Shown: one piece after another, positions 1 through 7,675 of the stretch | Position numbering within the stretch: the stretch's first letter is position 1 | Layout: each line of letters begins with the position of its first letter | DNA from: a virus | Direction: 5' to 3' (one strand) | Length of the DNA stretch: 64,000 bases | Virus record (IMG/VR): IMGVR_UViG_3300043446_003110 | Notes under the pieces: generated by a model | What the model was told of the DNA's origin: nothing | Databases searched by the model: none | Seen by the model: only the letters and a program-made list of their open reading frames with translations | Program-made: the position numbers and the translations under genes

Positions 1-269
1 GTGGAAATCGTCTTATGATTTGCAAGGTCAATCCACGCGATGTAGTCAGCGTTCCTACTGATTCTAAATTTCAGAAGCTTCGTTGCTGCCAGTATGAAGT
101 TGTAGCTGAATTCGATAGTATTTTTGATAAGGTTGTTCATATGACTAGCGACGATATTGCTCACGTTCAACGTCAGAAGCGTAATCGTGAATGGATTGTT
201 GAAGTCACCGCAAAGATTGAACGCCTTAATAAAGTTCTCTCAAGGCGTATGCAGACAGTGAGTGTTTGA
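1..269 (+). CDS. rIIB: rIIB-like protein, C-terminal fragment (frame open to window edge)
   Basis: KVNPRDVVSVPTD..QKLRCCQYEVV matches the conserved C-terminal motif of T4-type RIIB proteins; no in-frame stop upstream of ATG15. Confidence 0.7.
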   Translation, partial: GNRLMICKVNPRDVVSVPTDSKFQKLRCCQYEVVAEFDSIFDKVVHMTSDDIAHVQRQKRNREWIVEVTAKIERLNKVLSRRMQTVSV

Positions 270-282
270 GTGTGTGTGTTGA

Positions 283-318
283 AGCCGATGGGGGAAGAAA
301 TTCCCCTGTCGGTTTTTT
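283..318 (+). terminator. Rho-independent terminator
   Basis: AGCCGATGGGGGAA-GAAA-TTCCCCTGTCGGTT hairpin followed by T run. Confidence 0.8.
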
Positions 319-331
319 CGTGGAGATATAA

Positions 332-1375
332 ATGAATATTAATAATGACATTAAACTTGACTTTGACGATGTATTACTCGTTCCACAGCGATCCCGAGCC
401 GCTTCACGGTCCTTGGTCGATCTAAAAAGAACATTCAAATTTTTCCATTCATCTTTGGAGTGGAGCGGTACTCCTATAATATCTTCTAATATGGATACCA
501 CTGGTACTTTTCAAATGGCTGAATCATTATCTAAGAGAGATTGCATAACATGCCTACATAAGCACCACAATGTAAATGATTACATTTTAAATATGCAAAA
601 TCTTAATACATTTTGGTACAGTATGGGAATTAGTGACGATGAAATCACTAAACTCAAAAAACTTGTTGACTCTATTGAAGCCGTTCCTAATATATGTATT
701 GATGTTGCAAATGGATATACTGATCAATTTGTAGATCACTGTGCTATGATAAGAGAAAAGTTTGGCACTAGAACTATAATAATGGCTGGCAATGTATGCA
801 CTCCAGAAATGGTTCATGAATTAATCTTGCACGGTGGCGTTGACATTGTTAAAGTTGGCATAGGTCCGGGATCAGCGTGTACAACTCGTCTAAAAACAGG
901 AATTGGATATCCTCAACTTTCTGCTATTGATGAATGTTCTCATGCCGCACATGGATTAAAAGCTAAAGATAAATATTTGGGAAGAATCTGTGCTGATGGT
1001 GGTTGTAGAACCCCATCAGACGTTGTAAAAGCGTTTGCGGCAGGGGCAGACTTTGTTATGCTTGGTGGTATGCTTGCTGGCACAGAACAATGCGAAGGAG
1101 AATGGAGTTGGACAAATGAGGGAAGAGTATTAAAGTTCTATGGAATGAGTTCACATGAAGCACAAGAAAAATATGGTGGAATTAAGAATTATCGTGCTAG
1201 TGAAGGTAGAGTAAAGTCTATTCCATATAAAGGAGAAGCTTTAGACATAATAGATGATATACTTGGTGGTATACGTAGTGCATGTGCTTATGTCGGTGCA
1301 GATAGTTTAAAAGATCTGCCTAAGTGTGCAGAATTTGTTAGAGTCAATAGAGTACATTTTGACAAGAGCGTATAA
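332..1375 (+). CDS. guaC: GMP reductase
   Basis: LDFDDVLLVP, SNMDT, CIDVANGY, KVGIGPGSACTTR, GYPQLSA, ADGG, FYGMSS, YRASEG motifs; 347 aa, no CBS domains. Confidence 0.95.
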   Translation: MNINNDIKLDFDDVLLVPQRSRAASRSLVDLKRTFKFFHSSLEWSGTPIISSNMDTTGTFQMAESLSKRDCITCLHKHHNVNDYILNMQNLNTFWYSMGISDDEITKLKKLVDSIEAVPNICIDVANGYTDQFVDHCAMIREKFGTRTIIMAGNVCTPEMVHELILHGGVDIVKVGIGPGSACTTRLKTGIGYPQLSAIDECSHAAHGLKAKDKYLGRICADGGCRTPSDVVKAFAAGADFVMLGGMLAGTEQCEGEWSWTNEGRVLKFYGMSSHEAQEKYGGIKNYRASEGRVKSIPYKGEALDIIDDILGGIRSACAYVGADSLKDLPKCAEFVRVNRVHFDKSV

Positions 1376-1527
1376 TGGCTATTCCTGCTATAATAATATC
1401 GACGCTGTGTTATTTATTTACATCAATTAATTGTTATATTCAAAACGATAAGCCTCACTGTGTAATGTGGGCTGGATATGTTTTTGCAAACCTTGGACTA
1501 CTTTGGTATGAACTTACAAAACTTTAA
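1375..1527 (+). CDS. Small membrane protein (50 aa, absent from ORF track)
   Basis: ATG overlaps guaC stop (TAATG); MAIPAIIISTLCYLFTSINCYIQNDKPHCVMWAGYVFANLGLLWYELTKL has two hydrophobic segments. Confidence 0.7.
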   Translation: MAIPAIIISTLCYLFTSINCYIQNDKPHCVMWAGYVFANLGLLWYELTKL

Positions 1528-1951
1528 ATGGGATATAAGGTTTTTAGATTTGGCAAAGCTTGTATCAACTTGGTCTAAAGATCCATCTACTAAAATTGGT
1601 GCAGTTATAACAGACAGTGATAATAAAATTATATCACTTGGATATAATGGATTCCCAAAAAAACTTGCAGATGATGACAGATTAAATAATAGAGAAACAA
1701 AATATAAAATGATTATTCATGGAGAAATGAATGCCATCTTATCTGCAAATAGATCGCTTGAAGGATGTACTTTATATACTTATCCTTTTATGCCATGCCC
1801 ACGTTGTGCATCGATGGTTATACAAACTGGAATCAATCGTATAGTATCATATAAAAACATTAATGAAAGATGGGCAGAAGAATTTGAACTGTCATTATCG
1901 TTATTTAAAGAAGCAAACATAGAATATACGGAATATGAGAATGAGTTCTAA
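1508..1951 (+). CDS. dCMP deaminase
   Basis: WSKDPSTKIGAVI, GYNGFP, HGEMNAI, PCPRC zinc motifs; start probably ATG1508. Confidence 0.92.
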   Translation: MNLQNFKWDIRFLDLAKLVSTWSKDPSTKIGAVITDSDNKIISLGYNGFPKKLADDDRLNNRETKYKMIIHGEMNAILSANRSLEGCTLYTYPFMPCPRCASMVIQTGINRIVSYKNINERWAEEFELSLSLFKEANIEYTEYENEF

Positions 1952-2153
1952 TAAAAATAGATCCATAAATGAGACATTAGATTTTATAGAAGAATGTATT
2001 CATTCCAATAAACTAGAATTTCTTGCTCAATTAATAGTTAAATTAGAAAGTGAATATATTGAAATTGCAAGAATATCGACGGATGACAATTACAAATCAA
2101 ATTGGACCCATTTACAAGTTTTAGATTATTTGACATATGAACAAAGACCATAG
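1935..2153 (+). CDS. Hypothetical protein
   Basis: ORF overlapping the previous stop in a coupled run. Confidence 0.55.
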   Translation: MRMSSNKNRSINETLDFIEECIHSNKLEFLAQLIVKLESEYIEIARISTDDNYKSNWTHLQVLDYLTYEQRP

Positions 2154-2185
2154 TGTTTTTGTGTCAGCACAGAACTATAATATGA
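2153..2185 (+). promoter_or_regulatory. Putative promoter (GTGTTT-N17-TATAAT)
   Basis: TATAAT at 2176-2181 upstream of AAGGAGGAG RBS; same architecture recurs at 31172-31204. Confidence 0.5.
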
Positions 2186-2202
2186 CAAACAAAGGAGGAG
2201 AT

Positions 2203-2376
2203 ATGACAGTAATAGATATGGCTAAAGCTCATCTTCAAAATGTTGTTCAACGTATAGAGGACTTGACTAAGCAGCAGGGACTAATACAAAAAGAAATTGA
2301 ACAACTCAAAGTTTATGTAGATAATGGCGTAAAAGATATACAAACATATGAAAGCAAAGTTAATGAAGGAGATTGA
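2203..2376 (+). CDS. Small coiled-coil protein
   Basis: Strong RBS AAGGAGGAG before ATG2203; heptad pattern. Confidence 0.7.
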   Translation: MTVIDMAKAHLQNVVQRIEDLTKQQGLIQKEIEQLKVYVDNGVKDIQTYESKVNEGD

Positions 2377-2377
2377 A

Positions 2378-2695
2378 ATGAATTATAGTGAATTCTTAAA
2401 TAAGTTGTCTAATATTGCTAATGCTTATCATTGGGATATTAACCAAAATCGTGTAAATGCAACTATTCAAAGTGGCAATTACAAGGGTTTTACATTAAAT
2501 CCAATCACCGCACTAGCCCACAAGTCTGGTTTTGGTTTTTTCAACAATAACAGAGAAGATACCGAATTTGCAGCAAGACTTCTTGGCATTCCACGAACAT
2601 TTGCCAGAAATGTATATAGTGCCACATTAGCGTCTGACAATCGCGGAAACACACAGGTTTTAAGAGGTAGGATTCGTTCAGCATTGGAGGTATGA
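2378..2695 (+). CDS. Hypothetical protein
   Basis: GGAG RBS before ATG2378. Confidence 0.7.
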   Translation: MNYSEFLNKLSNIANAYHWDINQNRVNATIQSGNYKGFTLNPITALAHKSGFGFFNNNREDTEFAARLLGIPRTFARNVYSATLASDNRGNTQVLRGRIRSALEV

Positions 2696-2699
2696 TAGC

Positions 2700-3032
2700 A
2701 TGAATATTAACACTTGGCTAGGTTGTGGTAGATTAACGAAAGATGCCGAAATTAGTACTACACAAAAGGGTACTTCAATGGCTAAATTTCGTATGGCAGT
2801 AAATGATCGTAGAAACGAAGAAACTCTTTTTTTGAATATCTTATGCTTTGGAAAGATGGCTGAAGCATTAAAAGATCATCTAAAAAAAGGTAGACTAGTT
2901 GGCGTTCAAGGAAAGTTAAAGATAGATGATTATCAAGACAAGGATGGTAATCAAAAGAATTCAATCTGCGTAATGGCAGATGAAATTTCTTTAGGACCGT
3001 CTGGAACTGTAGGGCAAGATTCTAAAGAGTGA
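2700..3032 (+). CDS. ssb: Single-stranded DNA-binding protein
   Basis: GRLTKDAE..T..G..AKFRMAVN..FGKMAE..LKKGRLVGVQGKL..Y.DKDG OB-fold signature. Confidence 0.92.
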   Translation: MNINTWLGCGRLTKDAEISTTQKGTSMAKFRMAVNDRRNEETLFLNILCFGKMAEALKDHLKKGRLVGVQGKLKIDDYQDKDGNQKNSICVMADEISLGPSGTVGQDSKE

Positions 3033-3057
3033 ATTCTGCCTCTAGTCTAATCTTAGA

Positions 3058-3094
3058 ATGGCCCGTTAGCATCATGCTGCGGGCCATTTTTTTT
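3058..3094 (+). terminator. Rho-independent terminator
   Basis: ATGGCCCG..AGCATCATGCT..CGGGCCAT stem then long T tract. Confidence 0.85.
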
Positions 3095-3104
3095 AAGTCT
3101 GGGC

Positions 3105-3132
3105 TTGACTTTTCCGATACATACTGTATACT
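3105..3132 (+). promoter_or_regulatory. Sigma70-like promoter
   Basis: TTGACT-N16-TATACT directly after a terminator and upstream of GAGG RBS/ATG3148. Confidence 0.6.
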
Positions 3133-3147
3133 TCGTATGAGGAAACT

Positions 3148-3567
3148 ATGAACCCGCAACCAGATCCAACAGTCGGCAATGTTGTAGCAATTATTTTTGT
3201 TTTATCGATTATATTTTATACAATTCAAGCCATTAATCAAAACAAGACTATTCAAATTAGTGATAATTTTATAATTGGATACTTAGAATCTGATCCAATC
3301 ATCATTCAACGTAATGATCCTCCAAACGATTTTGAAAAATTTGATCCTAACACTCCAAAAACCCCGGTTCCTACTAAGTCAAAAGAAATAGATAGTATCA
3401 AAAGTATTGATAAACAACCATTTTATACTGACTGTATTGATGCATTAGTAGCGTTGGGCATGAAGAAGAAAGAAGCAAGACAAACAACTAAAACTGTCTT
3501 TGAGACTACAATCCCGATGCCAGACAATCTACAGTCTTTCTTGTTGACGGCACTAAAAACTAAATGA
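3148..3567 (+). CDS. Membrane-anchored protein with C-terminal RuvA domain III-like three-helix module
   Basis: N-terminal TM (VVAIIFVLSIIFYTIQAI), Pro-rich linker, DCIDALVALGMKKKEARQ...FLLTALK. Confidence 0.7.
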   Translation: MNPQPDPTVGNVVAIIFVLSIIFYTIQAINQNKTIQISDNFIIGYLESDPIIIQRNDPPNDFEKFDPNTPKTPVPTKSKEIDSIKSIDKQPFYTDCIDALVALGMKKKEARQTTKTVFETTIPMPDNLQSFLLTALKTK

Positions 3568-3971
3568 ATATATTACACCAATCTTTAGACATAGCATTAA
3601 GTCTTTTACCAAAAGCCAAAGAAGACCGCAATACAAAAAATAAGTTTTTTCATTTTGCTTTTGCCTATAAACGAAATAAGCTTTTGGCTATGGGTCAAAA
3701 CAATCCAGAAAAAACTCATACCAAAGCATTAATGCTTGCTAAGAGATTTAATACAAATTTGGAACATCCTCACTTTCATGCTGAGACAGACTTAATTTCT
3801 AGACTCTGGGGTAAATACTATATAGATAATAGCCTAAAAATGGTTATACTTCGTTTGAACAAGCGGGGTGAATTACGTTGTAGCAAACCGTGCAAGCGTT
3901 GCGATATGATTATACAGTCACTTGGCATAAATAAAATATGGTGGAGCATTGACAATGGATTCAGTGAATAA
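3564..3971 (+). CDS. Zinc-dependent cytidine/deoxycytidylate deaminase-family protein
   Basis: HAE and SKPCKRC motifs. Confidence 0.8.
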   Translation: MNILHQSLDIALSLLPKAKEDRNTKNKFFHFAFAYKRNKLLAMGQNNPEKTHTKALMLAKRFNTNLEHPHFHAETDLISRLWGKYYIDNSLKMVILRLNKRGELRCSKPCKRCDMIIQSLGINKIWWSIDNGFSE

Positions 3972-4515
3972 TCTTAAAGGTATGAGAACATATTTAGTTG
4001 GTGCTATGGATAGAGTACCAGACGGTGGTGTTACGTGGAGAAAAAGAATAACGGGAATCTTAGAGAAACTAGGGATTACTGTAATAGATCCATGTAATAA
4101 GCCTGTAAATGGCATTGTTGAAGATGAAGAAACTAGGCACTGGATTGATTATTATAAGGAGACAGAACAATACGACAAAATCAAAAATAAATTCTCTGTA
4201 ATAAGAAGTGCAGATTTAAGATGTGTCGATGTTTCAGATTTTATAATTGCACATATTGATTTAGATGTTCACGCTTGCGGAACTTATGAAGAAATAGTGA
4301 CAGCAAATAGGCAAAAAAAGCCAGTTTTGATATGGTGTAAACAGGGAAAAAAGCAAGCACCAAATTGGTTATTTTTTATGCTGCCGCATGAGCATATATT
4401 TAGTTCGCTCAGTGAAATAATAAACTATTTAGATCATATCAATCAAGAAAGAAATATAACTAAACTCAAAAGATGGTTTTTCTTTAAATACAATAATGTG
4501 GGGTACATAGAATGA
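3949..4515 (+). CDS. Nucleoside 2-deoxyribosyltransferase / nucleotide N-glycosidase-like protein
   Basis: YLVGAMD, DLRCVDVSD, GTYEE, KPV motifs of the NDT/DNPH1 fold; start may be GTG3964. Confidence 0.8.
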   Translation: MTMDSVNNLKGMRTYLVGAMDRVPDGGVTWRKRITGILEKLGITVIDPCNKPVNGIVEDEETRHWIDYYKETEQYDKIKNKFSVIRSADLRCVDVSDFIIAHIDLDVHACGTYEEIVTANRQKKPVLIWCKQGKKQAPNWLFFMLPHEHIFSSLSEIINYLDHINQERNITKLKRWFFFKYNNVGYIE

Positions 4516-5597
4516 ATATTAATATAATTGGACCGATAAATCAATTGGGTTACGGCATAACGTCGCTCAATATTGTTAAAGAACTATCTAAATTTGCAGA
4601 AGTGTCATTGTTCATGATAGGACAACCCCAAGTGACAAACCAAGAGGATGCAGACATTGTATCTAAATGTATACAAAATTCTCATTTTTTTGATGTTAAT
4701 GCCCCCAGCATCAAGATTTGGCATCAGCATGATATGGCACAATCTGTCGGTAGAGGAACTAGAATTGGTTTTCCAATATTTGAATTAGATCAATTTAATA
4801 GTTTGGAAAAACATCAATTATCATCTCTAGATATAATATTTGTTTGTTCAGAATGGGCTAAAAGCGTTATATGCAATAATATCAAATCTGTTTCTAAAAA
4901 CAAAGTCATTGTTATACCACTGGGCGTAGATTTATCTATATTTAAACCATCTACAATGATAAACGGTGGCCCAACTAAATTTTTTAATTGTGGAAAATGG
5001 GAAATAAGAAAGGGGCATGATCTATTAGTTAATCTTTTTAATGATGCCTTTAATGAAGATGATAATGTTGAATTACACATGATGTGTACTAATCCTTTTT
5101 GCTCAGAACAAGAGGAATTAGAGTGGATAAATCTATACAAAAACTCAAAACTAGGACATAAAATACATATAATTCCACGACAAGATACTCAACATGAAGT
5201 GTATAATATTATGTCTACCATGCATTGTGGTGTATTTCCAGCAAGAGCAGAGGGATGGAATTTAGAATTATTGGAAATGATGGCCTGCGGAAAACATGTA
5301 ATTACAACAAATTACTCAGCACACACAGAATTTTGCAATGAGGATAATGCTTTGTTGATGCCAATAAAATCTAGTGAAATCGCCTATGATGGAAAATGGT
5401 TTCATGGTCAGGGCAATTGGGCTAAAATAGATGACAATGCCAGAGGATATGCTATACAACATATGAGAAAAATATACAACTCTCATCAAAATAATCAATT
5501 ATTGCTTAATAATTCTGGTATTGAAACAGCAAACAGGTTCAATTGGCAAAATACAGGAAGGAAAATATTAAATGCTATTCAACTTCTTAAAAAATAA
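4512..5597 (+). CDS. Glycosyltransferase, GT-B (GT4-like)
   Basis: GKWEIRKG and PARAEGWNLELLEMMACG (EX7E). Confidence 0.9.
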   Translation: MNINIIGPINQLGYGITSLNIVKELSKFAEVSLFMIGQPQVTNQEDADIVSKCIQNSHFFDVNAPSIKIWHQHDMAQSVGRGTRIGFPIFELDQFNSLEKHQLSSLDIIFVCSEWAKSVICNNIKSVSKNKVIVIPLGVDLSIFKPSTMINGGPTKFFNCGKWEIRKGHDLLVNLFNDAFNEDDNVELHMMCTNPFCSEQEELEWINLYKNSKLGHKIHIIPRQDTQHEVYNIMSTMHCGVFPARAEGWNLELLEMMACGKHVITTNYSAHTEFCNEDNALLMPIKSSEIAYDGKWFHGQGNWAKIDDNARGYAIQHMRKIYNSHQNNQLLLNNSGIETANRFNWQNTGRKILNAIQLLKK

Positions 5598-5940
5598 AAA
5601 CAATAATCTACAAGAGCAATCTGATGATGGTGAAATATTGGCACGAATTAGTTATGTAGCAATGAAAGATTCAGACTCAGTAATAGTCGATGTAGAATTA
5701 AAAGAGTATAATAATGAATGTGTTCAGCAACTAAGCTATATTATAGATGCATTATCAAAAGATACTTGTATAGCTGATACTATACAAATCATAAAAAATG
5801 CTATGGTCAGCGAAGATAAGCAAGAATATTTAGTTAAACTTTTGAGCGAGTTACATGTAAACACAAAAGCAAAATTATTACACTCATATAACGACAGGGA
5901 AGAACCGTGCATAAAACCATCCGAAGTGTTTCTTAAATAA
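5572..5940 (+). CDS. Hypothetical protein
   Basis: Coupled ORF, 122 aa. Confidence 0.65.
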   Translation: MLFNFLKNKNNNLQEQSDDGEILARISYVAMKDSDSVIVDVELKEYNNECVQQLSYIIDALSKDTCIADTIQIIKNAMVSEDKQEYLVKLLSELHVNTKAKLLHSYNDREEPCIKPSEVFLK

Positions 5941-5953
5941 AGGGAGTAAATAT

Positions 5954-6418
5954 ATGGTCAAATTAGTAAAAAAAATAGGATGGCAGAAATATGAAGATTA
6001 TATTGAAAAACAACTTTCATGCCCAATGTTGCAAAATATATTGCAAAGTATGTTTCCAACTGCTGAAGACTTAATAGAAGATAATTCAGATGATAGCGAG
6101 GACGAGGACGAATCCTATGCCGATGAAGATGAAGATAAAAAAAGTTCTTTAGCGATGGTAATACATAAAATGCTACCACTCACACCACAAATCATTGATG
6201 ACATTTCAGTATTGGCAAATTTTGATTGCTGGATTGGACACGCCAATTTTGATATTACCCCCAAAATTCGCGATCAATTAAATAAGATAGCTGGAGTAGA
6301 AGTTCTTAAGATATTTAGTAGATATCGTTTTTTTGTAGGTATTGGTCAAATGTTTGATTTTCAGAATGTAAGATATGACATTGAAAAAATAATTATAAAA
6401 GGAGAAATTGATGACTGA
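5954..6418 (+). CDS. Hypothetical protein with acidic loop
   Basis: GGAG RBS; D/E-rich stretch; CWIGHANFDIT...GVEVLKIFSRYRFFVGIG. Confidence 0.7.
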   Translation: MVKLVKKIGWQKYEDYIEKQLSCPMLQNILQSMFPTAEDLIEDNSDDSEDEDESYADEDEDKKSSLAMVIHKMLPLTPQIIDDISVLANFDCWIGHANFDITPKIRDQLNKIAGVEVLKIFSRYRFFVGIGQMFDFQNVRYDIEKIIIKGEIDD

Positions 6419-6890
6419 ATTGAATGACTTAAACCAAAAGATGGATAAAGCCCTAAAAGATGAAAATATACTTAAAATAATGAATAAAGCATCTAAAAGA
6501 TTTAAAAATCAATTAGACTCTGATACTATCAGAACTTGTCAATTAAATGCTTTATGGAAAACATTTTTACACCATGATGCATCTAAGGGAGCAAAATTTA
6601 CTACATATTTGTATAAAGGTGTTTTTATAGAGTGCATGAAAGAGATAAAGTTTTCAAATAAAAGTAAATTATTTAATAAATTACACAACAATATTCCATC
6701 TAAAAATAATCCATTTTTTTATATTGATCTTATGGACGAATTCAAAAACGAAGATGATCAAAATTTAATCAATGATAGATTAAGCAACATGACTATCTCT
6801 GAAATATCTAATAAGTACGGGAAAAATAGAGAAAGTGTTAGGAGAAAAATACACAAATTAGCAGATTCAGTAAGAAACAAATTTTGCTAA
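6411..6890 (+). CDS. Phage sigma-70-family factor (region 2 plus region 4)
   Basis: ALWKT..HDASKGAKFTTYLY (region 2.2-2.3) and MTISEISNKYGKNRESVRRKI (region 4.2 HTH). Confidence 0.8.
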   Translation: MTELNDLNQKMDKALKDENILKIMNKASKRFKNQLDSDTIRTCQLNALWKTFLHHDASKGAKFTTYLYKGVFIECMKEIKFSNKSKLFNKLHNNIPSKNNPFFYIDLMDEFKNEDDQNLINDRLSNMTISEISNKYGKNRESVRRKIHKLADSVRNKFC

Positions 6891-6971
6891 ATGTGTATAT
6901 ATAACTAGGAATCGGACTAAAAAGGATGCGGACATATATTTTTTACATATGAAAAATTAAAGGAGAATAAT

Positions 6972-7601
6972 ATGGCATCCACATCAGCAAAACAGTCCGG
7001 TGGTAATCCAAACAACGACGGCGGCGTAATAATCCAAGCTGGCAATGTATCAGAAAATTTAACCGATCTTTCAATTATCGGTAATCTTCCCTCAGTTCCA
7101 GCCTATGGAACAGTTGTAGTACAGGATACACCTTCTGCACCATTGGATTATACTGACCCACACGGTGTAACTAAGGCTAAAAGCACTGGTACATTTGCAT
7201 ACACACCAGCCCCCGGTACAAACTTTTTAGTACGTGGTGGCGGTGATAATGCTAGCAGTATTAATGGTGTTTCTAGTCCAGCGTTGTCTGGTGTATTAGG
7301 CATTCCCGGCGGTGCTGCTGGCTTCATGACCAACAAAAACTTGAAGTCAACACAGGTTGGTACATATGCTACTAGGACTTTCAACGTTTTAGCTACACCA
7401 TCAAGTGGTAATTTCCCCGGTTTAACTAGAGGTACTGGTGCTGGTACTGCTGTAACTTACTCATCAACTAGTGGTAATTATCCCGCTGTTGATGATGCCG
7501 CTACAACAAGCAGAACAGTTCCCGGTGAACTTACATACATGTTTGGTTCCACAGTTCCTACACGTAATACAGCTTACAAGGCTAAAGATAGTAACGAATA
7601 A
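6972..7601 (+). CDS. Gly/Ser/Thr-rich protein, probable abundant virion protein
   Basis: Strong AAGGAG RBS, own upstream intergenic region and downstream hairpin; low-charge G/S/T/P composition. Confidence 0.55.
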   Translation: MASTSAKQSGGNPNNDGGVIIQAGNVSENLTDLSIIGNLPSVPAYGTVVVQDTPSAPLDYTDPHGVTKAKSTGTFAYTPAPGTNFLVRGGGDNASSINGVSSPALSGVLGIPGGAAGFMTNKNLKSTQVGTYATRTFNVLATPSSGNFPGLTRGTGAGTAVTYSSTSGNYPAVDDAATTSRTVPGELTYMFGSTVPTRNTAYKAKDSNE

Positions 7602-7613
7602 TTAATCGTTATT

Positions 7614-7654
7614 TAAGATAAGTGCCTTTGAGAAATCTTAGGCACTTTATCTTA
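7614..7654 (+). terminator. Long stem-loop (terminator or mRNA stabiliser)
   Basis: TAAGATAAGTGCCT...GAAA...AGGCACTTTATCTTA inverted repeat after the 209 aa gene. Confidence 0.65.
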
Positions 7655-7675
7655 CCTTTATCCTTGGAGGCAACT

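Noticed and set aside
258-280. GT dinucleotide run (gtgagtgtttgagtgtgtgtgtt)
   Set aside because: Too short and imperfect to call a functional repeat
7622-7675. Longer GTG start for the PAS protein
   Set aside because: It falls inside the upstream hairpin; the GGAGG RBS supports ATG7676
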